NCBI GenBank assembly: GCA_965242865.1
Contig: CBDETK010000013.1
Span: 2,496,001-2,560,000, forward strand
Direction of reading: 5' to 3'
Source of the DNA: Candidatus Latescibacterota bacterium
GTDB lineage: Bacteria > Latescibacterota > UBA2968 > UBA8231
Length of the DNA stretch: 64,000 nt
Shown: piece by piece, positions 56,431 to 64,000 of the stretch
How positions within the stretch are numbered: the stretch's first letter is position 1
How the letters are laid out: every line of letters begins with the position of its first letter
The notes under the pieces: generated by a model
What the model was told of the DNA's origin: nothing
The model's database searches: none
What the model saw: the letters and a program-made list of their open reading frames with translations, nothing else
Translations under genes and position numbers: made by a program

Positions 56431-57981
56431 ATGCAAACTCGCCGCAAACTGCCCATCGGCATTCAGACGTTCCGCGAGATTCGCGAGGATAACTGCTACT
56501 ACGTCGATAAGACCGCCTTCATCCGGCGGCTGGTGGACGAGGGCAAGCACTACTTTCTCTCTCGCCCGCGTCGGTTCGGCAAGAGCCTGCTGATTGATAC
56601 CCTCAAGGAGTTGTTCGAGGGCAACGAGCCGCTATTCGAGGGGTTGGCCATTTACGACCGCTGGGACTGGTCGGTTCGCTATCCCGTGGTACGACTCGAC
56701 TTTAGCAGCGGCAACTATGCCGAGCCGGGCTACCTGCAGACCAACTTGATGGCGCAGTTGGCGGCCATTGAACGCCGGTTCCAAGTGGCCTCTGAGCACA
56801 CCACCGCGCCGGAACGCCTCGCCCACCTGCTCGAGGTGCTGCACGAGCAGCGTGGGCAGCGGGTGGCCGTACTGGTTGATGAATACGACAAACCGATCTT
56901 GGATGCGCTAGAGGATCTAGCGGTCGCCCGCGCCAATCGCAACTTTCTGCGCGGGCTCTATGCGACTATCAAGTTCTCCGATGCACACGTCAAGTTCACC
57001 CTGCTGACCGGGGTGAGCAAATTCTCCAAGGTCAGCTTGTTTTCGGGGCTCAATAATCTCAGAGACATCACCCTCGCGGCGCGTTACTCGGCGATCTGTG
57101 GCTACACCGACGCAGATCTAGACCGGACATTTGCGCCGGAGTTGCCGGGCTTGGACCGGGACGCCATTCGCGCTTGGTACAACGGCTACAACTGGCTGGG
57201 CGACGAAAAGGTGTATAACCCTTTCGACATTCTCCTGCTCTTTGACGAGCGCAAGTTCGGTGCGTACTGGTTTGAGACGGGTACGCCGACATTTCTGCTC
57301 AACATGCTGGTGGAACGCGGCGTCGGTTCGCTGGCCTTGGAAAGCATGCGCGGCGGCGATGCGTTGCTTTCGACCTTCGACGTGGATCACATTGCGACCG
57401 AGGCCCTGTTGTTCCAGACCGGCTACCTGACGATCCAAGCCGAAGAAGACCGCAGCGGCCACCGATTCTACCGATTGGGCTATCCCAACCGCGAGGTGCG
57501 GCAGAGCCTGAACGAGTGCCTGCTCAACCACCTGACAGACGACCCCTCGCGCCAAGTGCAGCACAGCACCCGCTTGTACGACCTGCTGCTGGCCAACGAC
57601 TTCGCGGGCTTGGAGGAGCTATTTCAGGCGTTCTTTGCGGGCATTCCCTACCAGTGGCACACCAAAAACAACATCGCCGACTACGAGGGGTACTACGCCA
57701 GCGTGTTCTATTCCTACTTTGCGTCGTTGGGGTTGGACATCAGGGTGGAGGACAGCAGCAGTCGCGGGCGCTTAGACATGGCGGTGGTCTTTAACGAGCA
57801 GGTGTACCTGTTTGAGTTCAAGGTGGTGGAGAACGCCTCGGCTAGCGCAGGACTGGCGCAGTTGAGGGATCGGGGGTATGCGGCCAAGTATCGCGGTTTG
57901 GGGCAGCCGATACACCTGATTGGGGTGGCGTTCAGCAAGACGACCCGCAACGTGGCCGCCTTTGAAGTGGCACCGGCGTGA
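56431..57981 (+). CDS. AAA-ATPase-like + PD-(D/E)XK nuclease protein (copy 2)
   Basis: 516 aa, near-identical to copy 1. Confidence 0.9.
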   Translation: MQTRRKLPIGIQTFREIREDNCYYVDKTAFIRRLVDEGKHYFLSRPRRFGKSLLIDTLKELFEGNEPLFEGLAIYDRWDWSVRYPVVRLDFSSGNYAEPGYLQTNLMAQLAAIERRFQVASEHTTAPERLAHLLEVLHEQRGQRVAVLVDEYDKPILDALEDLAVARANRNFLRGLYATIKFSDAHVKFTLLTGVSKFSKVSLFSGLNNLRDITLAARYSAICGYTDADLDRTFAPELPGLDRDAIRAWYNGYNWLGDEKVYNPFDILLLFDERKFGAYWFETGTPTFLLNMLVERGVGSLALESMRGGDALLSTFDVDHIATEALLFQTGYLTIQAEEDRSGHRFYRLGYPNREVRQSLNECLLNHLTDDPSRQVQHSTRLYDLLLANDFAGLEELFQAFFAGIPYQWHTKNNIADYEGYYASVFYSYFASLGLDIRVEDSSSRGRLDMAVVFNEQVYLFEFKVVENASASAGLAQLRDRGYAAKYRGLGQPIHLIGVAFSKTTRNVAAFEVAPA

Positions 57982-58127
57982 GGATTGTGTGTGTGGTACA
58001 AGGGTGACCGGAAGAGTGTTGAAGCCGACTTCACAACCCGGATACGGTCCGTTACTTTCTAGCCGAATCCACGCTAGACCCGTTGGTTGAAGTGAACGGG
58101 TGCGTCGCCTCGGAAAGGAGTTAGGAC

Positions 58128-59678
58128 ATGCAGGCCAAGCGCAAACTGCCCATCGGCATTCAGACGTTCCGCGAGATTCGCGAGGACAACTGCTACTACG
58201 TCGATAAGACCGCCTTCATCCGGCGGCTGGTGGACGAAGGCAAGCACTACTTTCTCTCTCGCCCGCGTCGGTTCGGCAAGAGCCTGCTGATTGATACCCT
58301 CAAGGAGTTGTTCGAGGGCAACGAGCCGCTGTTCGAGGGGTTGGCCATTTACGACCGCTGGGACTGGTCGGTTCGCTATCCGGTGGTACGACTCGACTTC
58401 AGCAGCGGCAACTATGCCGAGCCGGGCTACCTACAGACCAATTTGATGGCGCAGTTGGCGGCCATTGAACGCCGGTTCCAAGTAGCATCTGAGCACACCA
58501 CCGCGCCGGAACGCCTCGCCCATCTGCTCGAGGTGCTGCACGAGCAGCATGGGCAGCGGGTGGCCGTGCTGGTCGATGAATACGACAAGCCGATCTTGGA
58601 TGCGCTAGAGGATCTAGCGGTCGCCCGCGCCAACCGCAACTTTCTGCGCGGGCTCTATGCGACGATTAAGTTCGCCGACGCGCACGTCAAGTTCACCCTG
58701 CTGACTGGGGTGAGCAAATTCTCCAAGGTCAGCCTGTTCTCCGGGCTGAACAACCTCAAGGACATCACTTTAGACCCGCGCTACTCGGCCCTGTGCGGCT
58801 ACACCGACGCGGATTTGGACACCGTGTTCGCGCCGGAACTCCCCGGCTTGGACCGGGATGAGATTCGCCGCTGGTACAACGGCTACAACTGGCTGGGCGA
58901 CGACAAGGTGTACAACCCCTTCGACATCCTGCTGCTGTTCGATCGCGGTCGGTTCGGTGCGTACTGGTTTGAGACAGGTACGCCGACGTTTCTACTTGAG
59001 ACGCTGGTGACCCGCGGCGTCAGCACCTTGGCACTTGACGGCATGCGCGGCGGCGACGAGTTGCTTTCAACCTTCGACGTAGATCACATTGCCACCGAGG
59101 CCCTGTTGTTCCAGACCGGCTACCTGACGATCCAAGCCGAAGAAGACCTCGGTGGGGAAATGTACTACCAACTAGGCTATCCCAATCGCGAGGTGCGGCA
59201 AAGTCTCAACCGGAGTTTGCTCAACCATTTGGCGGATAACCCATCGCACGGGACGACATGCAGTGCCCAGCTATACAAACTGCTACAGGTCAACGACTTT
59301 GCGGGTTTGGAGGAGCTATTTCAGGCGTTCTTTGCCGGCATTCCCTACCAGTGGCACACCAAAAACAACATCGCCGACTACGAGGGATACTACGCCAGCG
59401 TGTTCTATTCCTACTTTGCGTCGTTGGGGTTGGATGTCAGGGTGGAGGACAGCAGCAGTCGCGGTCGCTTAGACATGGCGGTGGTCTTTAACGGCGACGT
59501 GTACCTGTTTGAGTTCAAGGTGGTGGAGCACGCTTCGGCTGGCGCGGGGTTGGCGCAGTTGCGGGAACGGGGGTATGCGGCCAAGTATCGGGGGTTGGGT
59601 TGGCCGATTCACCTGATTGGGGTGGCGTTTAGCAAAAAGACCCGCAACGTGGTCGCCTTTGAGGTGGTGCCGGCGTGA
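58128..59678 (+). CDS. AAA-ATPase-like + PD-(D/E)XK nuclease protein (copy 3)
   Basis: 516 aa; ends near-identical to copies 1 and 2, middle more diverged. Confidence 0.9.
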   Translation: MQAKRKLPIGIQTFREIREDNCYYVDKTAFIRRLVDEGKHYFLSRPRRFGKSLLIDTLKELFEGNEPLFEGLAIYDRWDWSVRYPVVRLDFSSGNYAEPGYLQTNLMAQLAAIERRFQVASEHTTAPERLAHLLEVLHEQHGQRVAVLVDEYDKPILDALEDLAVARANRNFLRGLYATIKFADAHVKFTLLTGVSKFSKVSLFSGLNNLKDITLDPRYSALCGYTDADLDTVFAPELPGLDRDEIRRWYNGYNWLGDDKVYNPFDILLLFDRGRFGAYWFETGTPTFLLETLVTRGVSTLALDGMRGGDELLSTFDVDHIATEALLFQTGYLTIQAEEDLGGEMYYQLGYPNREVRQSLNRSLLNHLADNPSHGTTCSAQLYKLLQVNDFAGLEELFQAFFAGIPYQWHTKNNIADYEGYYASVFYSYFASLGLDVRVEDSSSRGRLDMAVVFNGDVYLFEFKVVEHASAGAGLAQLRERGYAAKYRGLGWPIHLIGVAFSKKTRNVVAFEVVPA

Positions 59679-60147
59679 GGATTGTTATCGCACCACCACA
59701 AACAATGGACCAGCACTAAGAGCGTATACGAAAGTTGCTTTTCTGTTAATAAAAAGGTCTTGGCAACCTACACTTTCCGTAGCATTGGACCTCAATTCAG
59801 AGGAGGAAGTCATGGTCACCAAGACCCATTCGCGGGCTCCGCTTTGGCATACCCCGGACGCGTTAGCGAACTTTTGGGTGTGGCCTCAGATGACCAGACA
59901 GCGGTGTGTTGAGTACGACGCGGCCCTTGCGAGTCTGTCCAAGAGACCGGATATTCTATCCTGTAATTGACAGCGATCACCTATTGCGCCGATCATGGGG
60001 AACGAGCGGCGGTTCCCGATCTCGGACCAAGTGGGAGGAGTGATGATTGTCGGCAAGCTGGGGCGATCTTTGCAAGAGAAAGACCACTGAGGGGTCAGAG
60101 CTTGGAGCGAGTCAAGCGGGCGAGAAGTAAACAGGAGAATCGGACTC

Positions 60148-60438
60148 ATGGCATCTCTTACCCTTAGAAAGGCTGCCGAGGCGGCCTTGGAGCACTTTAA
60201 GGCTAATGCCGATTTATTGGGGGCAATTAGTTCAGATGTTACATTTGAAGAAGCCGAGTTATCGGAAGATGGAGCGTATTGGCATATAACTCTGGGCTAT
60301 CCTGTAAACAAGAGAACACAAGGCTTTGTGGAATCCCTCGTCTGTGAGCGAAAGTATACCATTTTTGTAATTGATGGAGAGACAGGAACTCTACGGTCCC
60401 TAAAGATGAGGCCCGATGTCGAACCCACTCTTCTCTGA
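60148..60438 (+). CDS. Small hypothetical protein, probable partner/antitoxin of the PIN protein
   Basis: AGGAG RBS; 'EEAELSEDG.YW.ITLGY...RKY..F.ID..TG...S.K' pattern; overlaps the PIN gene start. Confidence 0.6.
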   Translation: MASLTLRKAAEAALEHFKANADLLGAISSDVTFEEAELSEDGAYWHITLGYPVNKRTQGFVESLVCERKYTIFVIDGETGTLRSLKMRPDVEPTLL

Positions 60439-60890
60439 ACTGGTACAGCGTTACCGCACAGCAGGAGTCCTTGTAGATACGAATATCCTTCTTCTTCTTT
60501 TTGTAGGCTCGATTGAGACGCACTTGATAAAACAATTTAAGAGGACTCGGGAGCGTTTTGAGGAGAGAGATTTCGATCTTATAATGAGCTTTTTAGCTCT
60601 TTTTAAGAGTCGAATCGTCACCACGCCTCATATTCTCACCGAAGTAAGCAACCTCGCCGGACAACTCGGTTCCCGAAAAAAGCAATTCTTTCCGAATTTC
60701 GCCAAAGGTATTTCCAGACTAATTGAACATTACGAACCCAGTACCAACCTAGCACAAGCAGGATCGTTTGCGAAATTCGGCTTGACAGATGCCGCTATTG
60801 TCAACTTGGTCCAGGATCAATTTTTAGCACTCGCGGATGACTTTCCGCTAGCTTACTTGAGCAAACAGGGCGTTTCAATCACCTTAGATT
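60416..60890 (+). pseudogene. PIN-domain protein with missing or displaced stop codon
   Basis: VLVDTNIL, TPHILTEVSNL, FGLTDAAI, ADDFPL; similarity ends near 60880, but the frame stays open to 61450 inside argJ. Confidence 0.6.
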
Positions 60891-60965
60891 CGAGAGTTGG
60901 AGTTCGGCGAAAGGGTTATAAGCCGCCGAGCTGTTTGCCGACCCAAACGAGACGGACGAAAAGCG

Positions 60966-62159
60966 ATGAGAATTATCAAAGACGGAGGGGTCACCGCGCC
61001 GAGTGGGTATCGGGCTGCTGGCGTCCAGACCGGCGTCAAAGAATCGGGCGCGAAGGATTTGGCGCTGGTGTATTCGACGCGCCCGGCGTATGCCGCGGCG
61101 GTGTACACCACCAACAAGGTACAGGGCGCGCCGATCGCCATCGACCGCGAGCATCTCGCCGACGGCCGGGCGCGGGCGGTCATTCTCAACAGCGGCAACG
61201 CCAATGTCTGCAATGGTGCTGTCGGCTTGGACCACGCTCGGCGAATGTGTGCCCGGACGGCGAGCGAACTGGGCCTGCCAACCGAAGAAGTGCTGGTTTG
61301 CTCCACCGGCTTGATCGGCGTACCGCTGCCGATTGCCCAGATCGAAGCGGGCATCCCGCGGCTCGTCGCCGCGCTGTCCGAAGAAGGCGGAGGCAATGCC
61401 GCCGAGGCGATCCTGACCACGGACACCGCGCCAAAAAGCTGCGCCGTTGAGGTCGAGTTGGCATCGGGCCGCGCCGTAGTTGGAGCCATGGCCAAAGGCG
61501 CCGCAATGATCGCGCCCAACATGGCGACCATGCTGGCGGTGGTGACCACGGACGCGCCGGTACCCAGCGGCCCATTGCAGGAGCTGCTGTCGCAGGCCAT
61601 CCAGCGCACGTTCAACTGCATCACCGTAGATGGCGACATGAGCACGAGCGACACGGTGATCCTGCTGGCCAACGGCGCGGGGGCAACGCTGAGCGAGCGC
61701 GATTGCGAGGGCCTTTACGAGGGCATTGAGTGCGTCTGTCGGCAGCTGGCCCAAGCGATTGCGCGCGACGCCGAGGGGTCGTCCAAGCTAATCACCATCG
61801 CGGTGCGCGGGGCCGCGACCGAAGCCGAGGCGAGACAGGTCGGCATTGCGGTGGCCAATTCGAGCTTGGTAAAGACCGCCGCGTTCGGCAACGACCCGAA
61901 CTGGGGGCGCATCCTGTGTGCGATGGGGTACGCCGGCGTGGATTTCGACCCCGAGCGGGTGCGCGTGTCCCTGTGCGGCACCGACATCTACGGCCGCGGT
62001 GCGGGCCTTGCGTACGACGCGGGCAAACTGAGCGCGGCCATGCAGGCCGAAGAAATGGCCATTGACATCAACCTCGCCATGGGATCGGCCGCCGCTGAGA
62101 TTTTCACCTGCGATCTGACGTACGAGTACGTGCGCCTGAACGCCGAATACACCACCTGA
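60966..62159 (+). CDS. argJ: Bifunctional ornithine acetyltransferase / N-acetylglutamate synthase
   Basis: NSGNAN, STGLIG, AKGAAMIAPNMATML, DGDMSTSDT, DPNWGRI, NAEYTT; start ATG 60966. Confidence 0.96.
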   Translation: MRIIKDGGVTAPSGYRAAGVQTGVKESGAKDLALVYSTRPAYAAAVYTTNKVQGAPIAIDREHLADGRARAVILNSGNANVCNGAVGLDHARRMCARTASELGLPTEEVLVCSTGLIGVPLPIAQIEAGIPRLVAALSEEGGGNAAEAILTTDTAPKSCAVEVELASGRAVVGAMAKGAAMIAPNMATMLAVVTTDAPVPSGPLQELLSQAIQRTFNCITVDGDMSTSDTVILLANGAGATLSERDCEGLYEGIECVCRQLAQAIARDAEGSSKLITIAVRGAATEAEARQVGIAVANSSLVKTAAFGNDPNWGRILCAMGYAGVDFDPERVRVSLCGTDIYGRGAGLAYDAGKLSAAMQAEEMAIDINLAMGSAAAEIFTCDLTYEYVRLNAEYTT

Positions 62160-62167
62160 GGACCCTC

Positions 62168-63349
62168 ATGCCACTTTCGCATCATGTTCAGCGAGTCCAG
62201 CCGTCGGTCACCATGCAGATTTCGGCCCGAGCCGCGGCCATGCAGCGCGCCGGTATCGACGTGATTTCTCTGTCGGCGGGCGAGCCGGATTTTGATACGC
62301 CGCAAAACGTCAAAGACGCCGGCATCCGCGCCATTGCCGAGGGCTTTACCAAGTACACCACCCCGGGATCGGGGATCGGGGAGCTCAAGGAGGCCATCTG
62401 CCGCAAATTTGAGCGCGACAACGGCTTGGTTTATACGACCGACGAGGTGATCGTCAACAATGGCGCCAAGCACTCGCTCTTTTTGGCGGTGGCCGCACTG
62501 GTCAACCCCGGCGACGAGGTCATTGTCCCCGCGCCCTATTGGGTGACCTACCGAGAGCAGCCGCGGCTGGTCGGCGGCGAGCCCGTGATCGTCGAGACCC
62601 AAGCCGCCAACGGCCTCAAGCTCACCGCAGACGAGTTCCGCGCCGCCATCACGCCCCGCACCCGGATGCTCTTTTTGTGCTCGCCGTCCAATCCCAGCGG
62701 CGCGGTGTACACCCGTGCGGAGCTAAAAGCCCTAGCGGCCGTGGCTGTTGAGCACGGGATCTACGTGCTCAGCGACGAGATTTACGAGAAGCTGATCTAC
62801 GATGGGGCCGAGCACCACTCGATCGCCGCCTGCGGCCCCGAGGCCAAAAAACTCAGCATTGTGGTCAATGGGGTCTCTAAGGCGTACTCGATGACGGGCT
62901 GGCGCATTGGCTACACCGGGGCCAGCGCGGAGATCATCGCCGGCATGAACAAGGTGCAAAGCCAAGAGGTGTCGCACCCTTCGTCGATGGCACAAAAAGC
63001 GGCCGTTGAGGCCCTCAATGGCCCGCAGGAGTCGGTTGAGGAGATGCGCCGGGCCTTTGATGCGCGGCGGCACTACATGGTCGAGCGGCTCAACGCCATA
63101 GAGGGCGTGGAATGCGCGTTGCCGCAAGGGGCTTTTTATGCCTATCCCGATGTGGCCGCGTACTACGGCGGCCAAGTCCGCGACTCCGTGGCCTTGTGCG
63201 AGTACTTGCTCGAAGAGGGCAAGGTGGCCTGTGTACCGGGTGCGGGCTTTGGCACTTATGAACACATCCGGCTTTCTTACGCGACCTCCATGGAGCAAAT
63301 CGAGCGCGCCATGGACCGAGTCGAAGAGATTTTAGGGCGTCTCTATTGA
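62168..63349 (+). CDS. aspC: Class I/II PLP aminotransferase (aspartate aminotransferase-like)
   Basis: AGEPDF, SPSNPSG, SDEIY, SKAYSMTGWRIGY. Confidence 0.85.
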   Translation: MPLSHHVQRVQPSVTMQISARAAAMQRAGIDVISLSAGEPDFDTPQNVKDAGIRAIAEGFTKYTTPGSGIGELKEAICRKFERDNGLVYTTDEVIVNNGAKHSLFLAVAALVNPGDEVIVPAPYWVTYREQPRLVGGEPVIVETQAANGLKLTADEFRAAITPRTRMLFLCSPSNPSGAVYTRAELKALAAVAVEHGIYVLSDEIYEKLIYDGAEHHSIAACGPEAKKLSIVVNGVSKAYSMTGWRIGYTGASAEIIAGMNKVQSQEVSHPSSMAQKAAVEALNGPQESVEEMRRAFDARRHYMVERLNAIEGVECALPQGAFYAYPDVAAYYGGQVRDSVALCEYLLEEGKVACVPGAGFGTYEHIRLSYATSMEQIERAMDRVEEILGRLY

Positions 63350-63390
63350 GCGTGCAGGGGCGTCGCATCCAAACCTAGGGGGCTTGTCCG

Positions 63391-64000
63391 GTGAACAACA
63401 GTGAATTTTACCTCGATTTTGAGCGCGATCTCGTCGAGCTAGAAAAGAAAATCAACGACCTAAAGAGCCAAGCCGAGACCAATGGCTTGAATTTGGACGA
63501 GGGGGTGCAGAAGCTCGAAGCGCAGGCCGCCAAGAAGCGCCGGGCGCTCTACGCCAATCTCAGCCCTTGGCAGCGGGTGCAGATCGCCCGGCACCCGCAC
63601 CGCCCGTACGCGCTCGATTACGTCGAGCGCATGCTCACCGACTTCACCGAGCTACACGGCGACCGCCTCTTTGCCGACGACGCCTCCATCATCGGCGGCC
63701 CGGCGCGGCTAGACGACCGATCGATCATGGTCCTTGGCATCCAGAACGGACGCAACCTCGAAGAGCGGCAAAAGCGCAACTTTGGCATGCCGCATCCCGA
63801 AGGGTATCGCAAGGCCCGCCGCCTGATGCAAATGGCGGCCAAGTTCAAATTGCCGGTCTTGACCTTGGTCGATACCTCGGGGGCCTATCCCGGAATCGAG
63901 GCCGAGGAGCGCGGCCAAGCCGAGGCCATCGCCCGCAACCTCTACGAAATGTCGCATCTGTCCGTGCCCATCGTCGTGGCCATCATCGGCCAAGCCTTCA
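63391..64000 (+). CDS. accA: Acetyl-CoA carboxylase carboxyltransferase alpha subunit (partial, runs off window)
   Basis: Not in the ORF track; my translation from GTG 63391 gives NNSEFYLDFE...WQRVQIARHPHRPYALDY...ELHGDR...RNFGMPHPEGYRKA...GAYPGIEAEERGQ. Confidence 0.95.
   Translation, partial: MNNSEFYLDFERDLVELEKKINDLKSQAETNGLNLDEGVQKLEAQAAKKRRALYANLSPWQRVQIARHPHRPYALDYVERMLTDFTELHGDRLFADDASIIGGPARLDDRSIMVLGIQNGRNLEERQKRNFGMPHPEGYRKARRLMQMAAKFKLPVLTLVDTSGAYPGIEAEERGQAEAIARNLYEMSHLSVPIVVAIIGQAF

Noticed and set aside
53973-60900. Integron cassette array
   Set aside because: No integrase and no convincing attC (RYYYAAC...GTTRRRY) structures between the genes
60891-61450. C-terminal half of the 344-aa ORF as a real protein domain
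   Set aside because: Mostly an alternate-frame translation of argJ, Arg/Gly-rich and without motifs
1-64000. CRISPR array, tRNA or rRNA genes
   Set aside because: No regularly spaced repeat-spacer pattern and no recognisable structural RNA seen by eye

Overview
GC-rich bacterial chromosome segment. The host is probably a Latescibacterota/Gemmatimonadota-like organism, possibly sponge-associated; this is inferred from gene content only. The core backbone carries an uncharacterised membrane-transport cluster (FtsX-like permease, DUF6785-like and OPT-like proteins), a GNAT gene and an FN3-PQQ-dehydrogenase-cytochrome c fusion. It continues with an ilvC-leuA-leuC-(hicBA)-leuD-leuB-cimA operon with a Leu-rich leader, a glycan synthesis/modification cluster, three near-identical AAA-ATPase/PD-(D/E)XK paralogues, a PIN toxin module, then argJ, an aspartate aminotransferase and partial accA. 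Two lower-GC defence islands interrupt the transport cluster. Island 1 (about 1.3-8.3 kb) is a minus-strand three-gene operon: type IIG-like RM enzyme, NDT/retron-effector-like protein and SNF2 helicase; I cannot match it to a named system. Island 2 (12450-29725) is bounded by an exact 62-bp direct repeat and has no integrase. It encodes an RtcR/CARF-like sigma54 activator and a visible sigma54 promoter (tandem UAS, IHF-like site, -24/-12). Downstream are a DUF4258-like gene, a TerY-P triad, an SF1 helicase, a HEPN-like protein, a coiled-coil McrB GTPase and an McrC-N/cold-shock/Hsp70-like fusion, resembling a type III CoCoNuT-like system. A 135-bp MITE with TTA target duplications occurs twice. 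All assignments come from reading motifs by eye; no searches were run.
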